Below are positions 35,649 through 43,971 of a stretch of DNA of 64,000 nt, piece after piece (positions within the stretch are counted from its first letter, which is position 1; each line of letters opens with the position of its first letter). Position numbers and translations under genes: made by a program. The DNA lies in contig OZ220494.1 of the NCBI GenBank assembly GCA_965116215.1, positions 769,863-833,862 on the forward strand. Direction: 5' to 3'. Source of the DNA: Bdellovibrionales bacterium. GTDB lineage: Bacteria; Bdellovibrionota; Bdellovibrionia; Bdellovibrionales; JAKFYE01. The notes beneath the pieces were generated by a model. The model had not been told where the DNA came from and did no database searches. It was given only the letters and a program-made list of their open reading frames with translations.

Positions 35649-36536
35649 TCAGGCCTTTGGATCAAAGGCATCTCTTAAACCATCCCCGAATAGATTGAAC
35701 GCCAACATTGTTAAAAATAAAGCTCCTCCAGGAAATAATATAAGATGAGGAAAAGATTTGAGAGAACGCCAACCATCAGAGCACAGAACACCCCAACTGG
35801 AAAACGGAGGTTGCAACCCCAATCCTATAAAACTTAAAAAACTTTCAAATAAAACATTCAGAGGAATTTGAAATGTTAAAGTAATAATAATAGGACCAAG
35901 AATATTAGGAAGGACATGTTTTAGAAGTATATTTATATCGCCCTGACCTAATGCCTTTGCCGCTTCAACATAAAGCATTTCTTTTGTTTGCAAAACCTGA
36001 CCACGAACTAATCGAGCAATTGTTGTCCAGCCGACTAAACTCAGTGCTAATAACACTCCTGTTACAGCTTTTAATTCCGGATTTTCAAAAATATCAATGG
36101 CGTCAAAAATGACCATAACAAGAATCAACAAAACAAGTGTCGGAATAGAGTAAAGAATATCTACAAACCTCATCATAAGGGCATCAGTTTTTCCACCTAT
36201 CCAACCTGATACCATCCCATATATCAAACCTATCGCTAAAGAAATGACAGCCGTTAAAATAGCTACAGCCATAGATATTCTAGCTCCATAAATAATACGT
36301 GAAAAAAGATCTCGCCCCAAACTATCTGTGCCTAGAAGATTTATGCTATTGGGTCCTAAAAGGGCACGATCAATATTTTGAGTCTCAAAAGAATAAGGGG
36401 CAATTTGGACAGCAAAAACACTCACAAAGCAAACAAAAATAATATACCAGCCTGAGAGAACAGCCGGTTTATTTCTTTTTAAACGTTTCCAAGAATCAAT
36501 CCATAAACTATTAGACTTGTATTTTTTTGGGTTCAT
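35649..36536 (-). CDS. oppC: Oligopeptide/dipeptide ABC transporter permease (OppC/DppC type)
   Basis: It has an OppC-type N-terminus (WKRLKRNKPAVLSGWYII) and a BPD-transporter core (LGTDSLGRDLFSRIIYGARISM). I placed the start at ATG 36536, 8 nt after the upstream protease-SLR stop. Confidence 0.88.
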   Translation of the reverse strand: MNPKKYKSNSLWIDSWKRLKRNKPAVLSGWYIIFVCFVSVFAVQIAPYSFETQNIDRALLGPNSINLLGTDSLGRDLFSRIIYGARISMAVAILTAVISLAIGLIYGMVSGWIGGKTDALMMRFVDILYSIPTLVLLILVMVIFDAIDIFENPELKAVTGVLLALSLVGWTTIARLVRGQVLQTKEMLYVEAAKALGQGDINILLKHVLPNILGPIIITLTFQIPLNVLFESFLSFIGLGLQPPFSSWGVLCSDGWRSLKSFPHLILFPGGALFLTMLAFNLFGDGLRDAFDPKA

Positions 36537-36544
36537 GACATTTT

Positions 36545-37801
36545 TTAATAGCACCGTTGACTCTGTTTATATTTTCTCTTCCAGTACAGGGCTTTTAGAA
36601 GGTTTTTTCTTACGCCTTGTCCTTTAGCATAAAGTAAAGCCAGATTATATTGAGCTTTTTTATATCCCTGCTCTGCAGCCTTCTCATACCAATAACGAGC
36701 CTTTTGAAAATCCCTCTCAACCCCTAGCCCTTCAAGATACATGATGCCCAACTCATTCTGAGCCAGCTTATATCCCTGCTCTGCAGCCTTCTTATACCAA
36801 TAACGAGCCTTTTGAAAATCCCTCTCACCCCCCAGTCCTCGAGAATACATGAAACCTAAATCATTTTGAGCATATTTATATCCCCGCTCTGCAGCCTTTG
36901 TATACCAATAACGAGTCTCTTGAAGATTTGATCTTATATTATCGTTATACCACATACCCAGAAGAAACATATCCTCTGCTGTTTTGACATCGGCATGAAG
37001 AACACGTCTCTTTACCGACTCAGGAGATATACGACCAAGACCAACTACCCCCTCCCTTTTTAAAAGCTCTTTATTCTCCTCTATTAAAGTCTTTAACTTA
37101 TGAATCGGGACAACAACAGTCTGTTGGGGATTTATATTTACTATTATAGAACGCACCACTCCAATAACTTTTAAATCCTGTGAAAAAACAGGCGAACCAC
37201 TAGAACCAATTTCAGTAAAAGCTGTTGTATAAAACAGTTCATTTCCTACACGCATCCCAATAAAGCCTTCAGAAAAAGCAACTTTTATACTCTTTTCTGT
37301 ACCAGGATATGTCTGAAAAGGGAGTTCTTCAAAGCTGATACCCTTGACCTGTTGAATAAGATCCAAAAAAGGATAACCAATAGTAAAACTGCTTCGATCT
37401 CTAATAATATCCCTATCATTTCCTAAAGTCAGAGGAGTATAGTTGTCATTTGTTACTGTCTTAATAATTGCCAAATCGTTCTGGCGATCTACAACCAGTA
37501 CCCTTCCGAAATCCTCCATCTTTCTTGGAGTGATCACTTCCATATATACAGATTTATGAGTGTCATGAATCAAATTTTCAACCGCATGATAATTTGTGAC
37601 CAATAGGTTTTCTGTTATAAAGAAACCACTCCCTTGCCGAAGGCTATCTCTATCATAAACCATTGCAACAGATGGGCTTAAATTTTTATAATCCCTTTCA
37701 TCAACCCCGTACGATAAGAGAGCAAAGAAGTAAACAATAAAAAATAAGACACTCTTGGCTCTATATATAGACTTTAAAAATAATCCTCTTTTTGATTTCA
37801 T
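36545..37801 (-). CDS. Secreted trypsin-like serine protease fused to C-terminal Sel1 repeats (paralog 2)
   Basis: It has a signal peptide and the triad context VTNYHAV, NDLAIIKT, GSSGSPVF. Four SLR units follow (AQNDLGFMYSRGLGGERDFQKARYWYKKAAEQGY...). It shares the C-terminal tail YWKRK.KQ..CY with paralog 1. Confidence 0.85.
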   Translation of the reverse strand: MKSKRGLFLKSIYRAKSVLFFIVYFFALLSYGVDERDYKNLSPSVAMVYDRDSLRQGSGFFITENLLVTNYHAVENLIHDTHKSVYMEVITPRKMEDFGRVLVVDRQNDLAIIKTVTNDNYTPLTLGNDRDIIRDRSSFTIGYPFLDLIQQVKGISFEELPFQTYPGTEKSIKVAFSEGFIGMRVGNELFYTTAFTEIGSSGSPVFSQDLKVIGVVRSIIVNINPQQTVVVPIHKLKTLIEENKELLKREGVVGLGRISPESVKRRVLHADVKTAEDMFLLGMWYNDNIRSNLQETRYWYTKAAERGYKYAQNDLGFMYSRGLGGERDFQKARYWYKKAAEQGYKLAQNELGIMYLEGLGVERDFQKARYWYEKAAEQGYKKAQYNLALLYAKGQGVRKNLLKALYWKRKYKQSQRCY

Positions 37802-37823
37802 GTAGAGAGTTCCTCAAGCTATG

Positions 37824-37858
37824 TGGATATTGACCCTTCTCTAATTTTTAAAATAGCC
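37824..37858 (-). promoter_or_regulatory. Conserved 5' leader/promoter block (copy 2)
   Basis: TGGATATTGACCCTTCTCTAATTTTTAAAATAGCC. See 35378-35412. Confidence 0.5.
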
Positions 37859-37867
37859 TAGTTCATT

Positions 37868-37925
37868 GCTACAGGCTAAAAGCATAAGCTGAATAGTGCT
37901 CGATGCAGTGAAGAATAAAATGCAC
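37868..37925. repeat. Solitary core module of the repeat family, inverted orientation
   Basis: The reverse complement GTGCATTTTATTCTTCACTGCATCGAGCACTATTCAGCTTATGCTTTTAGCCTGTAGC aligns with the core at 5886-5943. Confidence 0.65.
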
Positions 37926-38074
37926 TTATCTTCTTCATCTCAATCAAAGCCATTATCCTATCAAATTTACGAAACAATTTTTATACTAGAGTTACAAAAA
38001 GGCCTCTCATTCTCTTTTTTTAAAAAAAATTCAAAACATGGATAAATAAGATTCTATATATCCGTAAAAAGATC

Positions 38075-38135
38075 GCTCTCACCTTTGATCACATCAAGTA
38101 CTCTCCAGCTTACGCCTTTAGTTTTCGGCAGAAAC
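38075..38135. repeat. Degenerate core-like module
   Basis: CTCACCTTTGATCACATCAAGTACTCTCCAGCTTACGCCTTTAGTTTTCGGCAG has about two-thirds identity (by eye) to the core at 6186-6242. It keeps the TTGAT-N3-ATCAA palindrome. Confidence 0.45.
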
Positions 38136-38190
38136 AGATCTATGATTTTTAGAATACATCCTGAAAATTGTGGACAATGAGGGAGAAAAG

Positions 38191-38373
38191 GATTTTTATC
38201 TTTATCTTAAAGCGAGTTTTTCAAAGCGCAGGGCGTATCCGCAAAAAGTCAACGTGTTCTATGCTTAATGGTATCAAACTCTATCCAACCAAAGATCTGA
38301 AGATTCAGCGGAGACGAGCTGCAAACCTTAAGAGCTGCCTCAGATTTTGGAAGTCTCCAGAATGATTTGCGCC
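38191..38373. repeat. MITE-like element with degenerate left arm
   Basis: It shares 97 identical nt (38226-38322) with the next copy. The right arm ends ...AGAATGATTTGCGCC, like the copy at 5990-6004. Confidence 0.75.
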
Positions 38374-38395
38374 CCTGAAGTAGAAAAAGGGAAGA

Positions 38396-38576
38396 AGAGT
38401 TTTTCTTAAGGTTTTCAAAACGAGTTTTCTGAGGCGCAGGGCGTATCCGCAAAAAGTCAACGTGTTCTATGCTTAATGGTATCAAACTCTATCCAACCAA
38501 AGATCTGAAGATTCAGCGGAGACGAGCTGCGAACCTCAGAGTTGTCTGAGATTTTGAAAGCCTTAAGAAAAACTCT
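38396..38576. repeat. MITE-like inverted-repeat element, full form
   Basis: Both arms are intact (AGAGTTTTTCTTAAGGTTTTCAAAACGAGTTTTCTGAGG ... CCTCAGAGTTGTCTGAGATTTTGAAAGCCTTAAGAAAAACTCT). Confidence 0.85.
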
Positions 38577-38625
38577 TACTGCTTTTATCTTATTTACAGC
38601 AAAACCCAAAAGAAGATAAACTGTG

Positions 38626-38670
38626 AACTCCAGAGTTGTCTGAGATTTTGGAAGCCTTAAGAAAAACTCT
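38626..38670. repeat. Solitary right arm of the repeat family
   Basis: AACTCCAGAGTTGTCTGAGATTTTGGAAGCCTTAAGAAAAACTCT. Confidence 0.7.
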
Positions 38671-38724
38671 GCCTACTTATTATCTTAAAAATCCAATGCC
38701 AGAGAAAAGCCCAATACCTCTTGC

Positions 38725-39792
38725 TCATTCGAGTTTCACCCTGGGATCAATAATGACATAAAGCAAATCGACAATCATATTTGCCAATATGAGCATCACG
38801 GAATACATTAATGTCAGTCCTAATATAAGAGGATAATCCCTATTGGTTACACTAAGTATAAAGTGTTTCCCCATACCCGGAATTGCAAAAATCAATTCAA
38901 TAACAAAAGAGCCCGATAAGATGCCCACTATGAGTGGGCCTGATATTGTAATAACAGGGATCAAAGAATTTTTTAAAGCATGTTTAAAAAGTACAACTTT
39001 TACATCAAGACCTTTCGCATAAGCCGTTCTAATAAAATCACTTTTAATAATATCCAGAACACTTGATCGAGTCAGTCTTGCAATGACAGCAATCGGACGT
39101 ACACCTAAAACACATACAGGTAAAATATAATGAATAGGACTTGACCAGAGAGCTGGAGGTAAAATTCCTAACCAAATAGAAAATATAAGTATAGCAATGC
39201 CGGCAACAACAAAATTAGGAAGAGCTACCCCACTAATGGCAAAAATCATCGCACAAGCATCCCATCTGGTATTGTGCTTTAATGCAGCAATAAGACCAAG
39301 AGGAATCCCAATACAAAAACTTATAAGTAGTGCATAGAAACCCAATTTAAAAGATGCAGGAATCGTTTCAGCAATAATTGTAGAAACATCCCTTCCAATA
39401 TACTTATAAGATTCCCCCAAATCACCACGAACTAAATTTTTAAAGTAATTCAAATACTGAACATAAATAGGAGCATTCAAGTTATATCTGGCTTGTATAT
39501 TCGCCTTCACTGCTGGAGGTAAGGCTTTCTCTGAATCAAAAGGGCCTCCAGGCAATAACCGTAAAAGACCAAAAACTAAAGAGGCAATAACAAAAACTGT
39601 AAATACAGCTTCTAAGATGCGTTTCATAGCATAAGCAAAAAGATTTTTGGTTGCAATCACATAAGCACCTCCCAAAAGTAATAAAGACACATTCAACCAA
39701 ATCAAATAACCAGAGACCTTATATCCCATCCAGTCTGTCGCAATTGTGAAAAACAGAGAAGTAAGAAGAAGTAGACAAATTATTTTATTCAC
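38725..39792 (-). CDS. oppB: Oligopeptide ABC transporter permease (OppB/DppB type)
   Basis: MKRILEAVFTVFVIASLVFGLLRLLPGGPF is the usual OppB N-terminus, but it sits at residue 56 of the ORF. The GTG start overlapping the oppA stop would add two extra TM helices, so an alternative start at ATG 39627 is possible. Confidence 0.85.
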   Translation of the reverse strand: MNKIICLLLLTSLFFTIATDWMGYKVSGYLIWLNVSLLLLGGAYVIATKNLFAYAMKRILEAVFTVFVIASLVFGLLRLLPGGPFDSEKALPPAVKANIQARYNLNAPIYVQYLNYFKNLVRGDLGESYKYIGRDVSTIIAETIPASFKLGFYALLISFCIGIPLGLIAALKHNTRWDACAMIFAISGVALPNFVVAGIAILIFSIWLGILPPALWSSPIHYILPVCVLGVRPIAVIARLTRSSVLDIIKSDFIRTAYAKGLDVKVVLFKHALKNSLIPVITISGPLIVGILSGSFVIELIFAIPGMGKHFILSVTNRDYPLILGLTLMYSVMLILANMIVDLLYVIIDPRVKLE

Positions 39793-41438
39793 TGAATAGA
39801 AACTCTTGTATAAACACGTTGATCCATCACATTGACAGGGAAGTCTTTCAACCTGTTGGATATCAATTGATTTCTCACTCCTGAATAAATAGGAATCACA
39901 GCCGCATCTTCTTCAAGCATAATCTTTTGCGCTTCATTATATAGCTTCAAACGCTTTTGAGAGTCCATTTCACTCACAGCCGCTTCTATAAGTGCATCAT
40001 ATTTTTTGTTGACCCAACGACCTCGATTATTATCTGAATAAGATAGCATAAGGGACATAAAATTATTAGGATGTGGATAATCTGCCATCCAACCCAAGCG
40101 AAAGATAGGGTAAGGATCAGCATTTAAGGTTGATAGATAAACTTTCCATTCCTCATTTTTTAACTCCACACTTATACTTAAATGCTTTTTCAATTGTTGC
40201 TGAATATTTTCTGCAATTCTTTTGTGATTATCCGTTGTATTAAAACCAATAACAACTTTAGGCATCTTCTCTACCTTTTCATACCCTGCCTTCTTAAGAT
40301 ATTCTTTAGCCTTCTTAGGATCAAATTTCAATCCAACACTTTGATTATAGCCACTCATCCCCTTAGGAATCCAATTAGAAGTGGGACTCTCTCCTCCACC
40401 TAACATACGTGTCACTTCATCACGATCAATAGCATGTACAAAGGCCTTTCTCACATTGACATCATCAAAAGGTTTCTTCATCACATTAAATCCATAGTAA
40501 TAAAGAAGAAGATTTCCTTTTGAAACAAACTCAGGCTTTTGTTTAAGAATGGAAATTTCTGTTGAAGGTAATTCTTTTTGATAATCCAATTTCCCAGATT
40601 CAAACAAAGAAATAGCTGTTGATTCCTCATTAATCATATAAGCCAAAACATTTTTGACCTTAGGTTTCTCTCCCCAGTAGTTTTCATTTCTTTCAAGAAC
40701 AATAGCCTTATCATGCTCCCAAACTTTTAAAATAAATGGCCCTAGAGTGACAATATTTTTAGCCTCTGTCCATTTCCCTTCCCCATACTTGTTTACGATA
40801 TCCAGACGAATAGGGTAAGTTGAGTGATGAGCTAAAAGATGGGGGAAAAAATTCATAGATTTTTTAAGTTCAATCAGTAGCTCATATTTATTGACAGCTT
40901 TTACACCAACTTTAGAAAAATCCTTAAATTCACCAGAATTATACTCCTTTGCTCCCTGAATATTAAAAATAAAATAAGCATACTCAGAAGCTGTCATAGG
41001 GTGAAGAAGCCTTTTCCAACCATCAATAACATGTTGTGCTTCAAACTCTACACCGTCTGTCCACTTCACTCCTTTACGTAACGTCACTCTCCATGTCTTA
41101 GCTTTATTGGTTGATTCCCATTTTTCAGCCAACAGAGGACGAAGAGGTAAATCGAGGTCATAGAGGTCATAATCAGCTAACCCATCCATAATATTTTTTT
41201 GAATTTCATGAGAGGTGGTATCTGTTGACTTACTCCAATCAAGAGTTGGCGGTTCTGTATTAATGTTAATAACAATAGTCTCTTTAATATCAAGGTCATA
41301 TTCCAAAGATTTTTTTATACATCCAGTAAGCAGAGTCATTATCAAAAAAACAACTATTGGAGTCACATTTCCAGCTCTCTTCTCATTTATACAATATTCA
41401 TTCATAGCAGTCATAATACCTCCGTTTACAAAAAACAC
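39789..41438 (-). CDS. oppA: Oligopeptide-binding lipoprotein (family 5 substrate-binding protein, OppA type)
   Basis: It has the lipobox LLTGC and an SBP_bac_5-like body (WKVTLRKGVKWTDG; LGWMADYPHPNNF). The start is probably an internal Met. Confidence 0.85.
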   Translation of the reverse strand: MFFVNGGIMTAMNEYCINEKRAGNVTPIVVFLIMTLLTGCIKKSLEYDLDIKETIVININTEPPTLDWSKSTDTTSHEIQKNIMDGLADYDLYDLDLPLRPLLAEKWESTNKAKTWRVTLRKGVKWTDGVEFEAQHVIDGWKRLLHPMTASEYAYFIFNIQGAKEYNSGEFKDFSKVGVKAVNKYELLIELKKSMNFFPHLLAHHSTYPIRLDIVNKYGEGKWTEAKNIVTLGPFILKVWEHDKAIVLERNENYWGEKPKVKNVLAYMINEESTAISLFESGKLDYQKELPSTEISILKQKPEFVSKGNLLLYYYGFNVMKKPFDDVNVRKAFVHAIDRDEVTRMLGGGESPTSNWIPKGMSGYNQSVGLKFDPKKAKEYLKKAGYEKVEKMPKVVIGFNTTDNHKRIAENIQQQLKKHLSISVELKNEEWKVYLSTLNADPYPIFRLGWMADYPHPNNFMSLMLSYSDNNRGRWVNKKYDALIEAAVSEMDSQKRLKLYNEAQKIMLEEDAAVIPIYSGVRNQLISNRLKDFPVNVMDQRVYTRVSIQ

Positions 41439-41476
41439 CCATTAACACAACAAGCATATATGTACACCAATTAATT

Positions 41477-43918
41477 TTATAAATCTGACCAATCCTCTTT
41501 CGTTGGAAGAGGCCCACTCACTTTGACACCTGTAGGTTCAATCAGCCCTATCAAAGAATCACTATTCACTCTAGTGTAGAGCCGAAAATACATAAAGTAA
41601 TTAGAGATAACCTTTTTAGTATAATTACGCGTCTCCCAAAAGGGAATGTGCTCTATAAATTCATCCATTGTTAAATGTCCAAAAGACTTTATCCACCTGG
41701 TCACCCTATGTGGACCTGCATTATAACTAGCTGCCACTAAAGGAACTTGCCCCCCCCATTTATTATAGAGTCTCTTCAAATAACGAACACCTATTTGAAT
41801 ATTTGTCTTTGGGTCAAATAAGTTCGTATATTTTAAATCCAATAGAATAGCTACCTTTTGAGCCGTATAAGGCATCAACTGCATCAGTCCAACGGCACCA
41901 ACAGGTGAACGTGCATCTATTCTATAACGACTTTCTGCCCTCATAATTCCCCAAATAAGTTCATTGGGAACGGCAAATCTTTCCGAATAATTCATCACTA
42001 AAGAATTATACGCTCTAGGGTAAGTGAACTCCCAATACACTCTACTATTTAGAGATCTCTCTGCCCTCCTCTCTTGCACAAACATATTCTCCCCAATAAA
42101 ACTCGATCTATGATAATCTCCATTGATTTCATATTGGATCATAAGCAATCGTAAATCATCCTTACTCCCAGCTTGCTTTTCAATTTCATAGAGTTCATTT
42201 TTTGCCCACATTCTTAAACCCAATTTCCATAGAGTCTGAACTCTTGAAAAATTCAAATTCAGGCTTGTGTTTTGAGAACTTCTCTTTGAAAAATTTGGTA
42301 ATTTAAAAATATCTTCTTCTATATCTAAATTATTGTCCCCAAATAACTCTTTATTTGAAAACAATAATTCCTCACTTTCCATCTCCTCTACCGAAACATT
42401 GGCTAAACGCCTTACGCTTTCTAAATGATCCTCAAAATCGAATATATTACCCAAAATATGAGGATTCCAAGATTCTAATTGCAAAGATTTTTCCTTGCCA
42501 TATTTGACGAAATACTGTTGATAAACCTCTTTATCTCCCAATTGCATTAAACGAGCCCGGGCCACGTGTGCATAAAACCCTTTTTGCATATCACCACCTA
42601 CAAGCTCTTTAAATATCTTTTTAGCCCTAGTCCGCTCCCCTTGCTGCAGAAGGCTCATCGCCATCCAATATTTCAATTTTTTATAATAATGATGTCTTTG
42701 ATATCGACGAGGGTATTTCATCTTGGATAACTTTTTTAAATCTCTATAAGCCCCTTTATAATCCCCTTTCAAATACCGAATCCAAGCCAAATACCACTTA
42801 GCATCTCTTGATAATCCTGAGCTTTTAAACCGCTGAATAAAATCAGTAAATCTTCTAAAAGCTCCATCATAATCTTGAAACTGATAACTTAAAAAAGCAG
42901 ATTGAAAAAGAGCCTCTTTTCCATCACGTGAATGTGGTCGTACCTTATAGGCTCTATAATAGGCCTCCACAGCTACTCGATATTTATGAGCTTTTGCTCC
43001 TGCTCTTCCCAGAAGCATGAGATAATCAAAGTCCTTATTTTTGGTTCTAAAATATATAGATAAAATACGAAAGGCATCAGTAACATCCCCTTCAGAAATA
43101 AGAAATCTGGCGTAAATTTGATCGACATGATACCGAGTCGCAGGAGTCGCTCTTTTATAGAGCTTTTGAATTTCTGTCCTAGCTCTATCAGATTCCCCCG
43201 CCCACTGTAGTCTTTTTATACGTTGAATTTGATTGTTATGACTAACAATACATTTTAACCGTTTATTCTTAAAGCGAACAGTTTGTAAATCAATACTCCA
43301 ATCTTTAACACGTTCATAAGTGGGGTAACGATAATAAAGTTTGCGTGCCCACTTACACATACGCCAACGGTGCTTTTCAATACCCATAAGGTACCAAAGA
43401 ATTTCAGGGTAACTTGAGTGACTCCGTCTCCGACGCTCCAAGTATCTCATATGATGTTTAGCCTGTCCGAAACGCCCTTTTTCTATGGCAAGAGTGCCCA
43501 ACTCAAATCGAGCATCATAATAAAGAGGACTTAGAGGACGTCTATCTACAACTTTTTTAAAAACGCCCGTTGCCCTTGTATCTCCTCTTTGACGATAGAT
43601 TTTACCTAGATAGAAATAGACATAATCCCTTAAAAGAGTTTTTTCACGCAGAGCACGCTTCAGTGCCCTTTCTGCCTCTGCATACCTGCCTAACCTGAAA
43701 TTATAGATCCCTATACCAAAGTAAATAGAAGCTTTATGAGCGGATTCTTGTCCCCCCTCTTTTCTAAGCCTTTCCAGAAACTCTACAATCCGTTTCTTAT
43801 CCTCTAATTGAGCCAGCCCTCTGATGTGTTCAATATGAACCTTATCAAAACCACTCACAGATGAAATTTCTGTAAAAAATAAGGCAATAAAAATGAAGTT
43901 TCCTATTATAAGACTCAA
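41477..43918 (-). CDS. slt: Slt70-like lytic transglycosylase (TPR-like superhelical N-terminal region plus SLT domain)
   Basis: The C-terminal region reads IMRAESRYRIDARSPVGAVGLMQLMPYTA...ASYNAGPHRVTRW. The protein is 813 aa with a signal peptide. Confidence 0.85.
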   Translation of the reverse strand: MSLIIGNFIFIALFFTEISSVSGFDKVHIEHIRGLAQLEDKKRIVEFLERLRKEGGQESAHKASIYFGIGIYNFRLGRYAEAERALKRALREKTLLRDYVYFYLGKIYRQRGDTRATGVFKKVVDRRPLSPLYYDARFELGTLAIEKGRFGQAKHHMRYLERRRRSHSSYPEILWYLMGIEKHRWRMCKWARKLYYRYPTYERVKDWSIDLQTVRFKNKRLKCIVSHNNQIQRIKRLQWAGESDRARTEIQKLYKRATPATRYHVDQIYARFLISEGDVTDAFRILSIYFRTKNKDFDYLMLLGRAGAKAHKYRVAVEAYYRAYKVRPHSRDGKEALFQSAFLSYQFQDYDGAFRRFTDFIQRFKSSGLSRDAKWYLAWIRYLKGDYKGAYRDLKKLSKMKYPRRYQRHHYYKKLKYWMAMSLLQQGERTRAKKIFKELVGGDMQKGFYAHVARARLMQLGDKEVYQQYFVKYGKEKSLQLESWNPHILGNIFDFEDHLESVRRLANVSVEEMESEELLFSNKELFGDNNLDIEEDIFKLPNFSKRSSQNTSLNLNFSRVQTLWKLGLRMWAKNELYEIEKQAGSKDDLRLLMIQYEINGDYHRSSFIGENMFVQERRAERSLNSRVYWEFTYPRAYNSLVMNYSERFAVPNELIWGIMRAESRYRIDARSPVGAVGLMQLMPYTAQKVAILLDLKYTNLFDPKTNIQIGVRYLKRLYNKWGGQVPLVAASYNAGPHRVTRWIKSFGHLTMDEFIEHIPFWETRNYTKKVISNYFMYFRLYTRVNSDSLIGLIEPTGVKVSGPLPTKEDWSDL

Positions 43919-43971
43919 AACTCCTCACTTTATTATTCACTTTTGTGTGGGAACAATGGTACCTCTATTTT

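Noticed and set aside
38425-38535. Resemblance of GCGCAGGGCGUAUCCGCAAAAAG to the c-di-GMP-I (GEMM-I) riboswitch core (CACAGGGCAAACC...ACGCAAAGCC)
   Set aside because: Only short strings match. The P1 hairpin with its GNRA loop and the tetraloop-receptor architecture are absent. The sequence is part of an inverted-repeat arm.
38191-38670. Possible CRISPR array (regularly spaced repeats)
   Set aside because: The repeat units are 100-180 nt composite palindromic elements, not 25-40 nt direct repeats with unique spacers. No cas genes are present, and the same elements are dispersed singly elsewhere.
41750-41757. C8/G8 homopolymer as a second phase-variation tract
   Set aside because: It lies inside the intact coding body of the Slt gene (encoding KWGGQ). 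A contingency role is not supported by position, so it is merely a frameshift-prone site. Shorter G7 runs in glpK (45645-45651) and in the LysM gene (about 61134-61140) are treated the same way.
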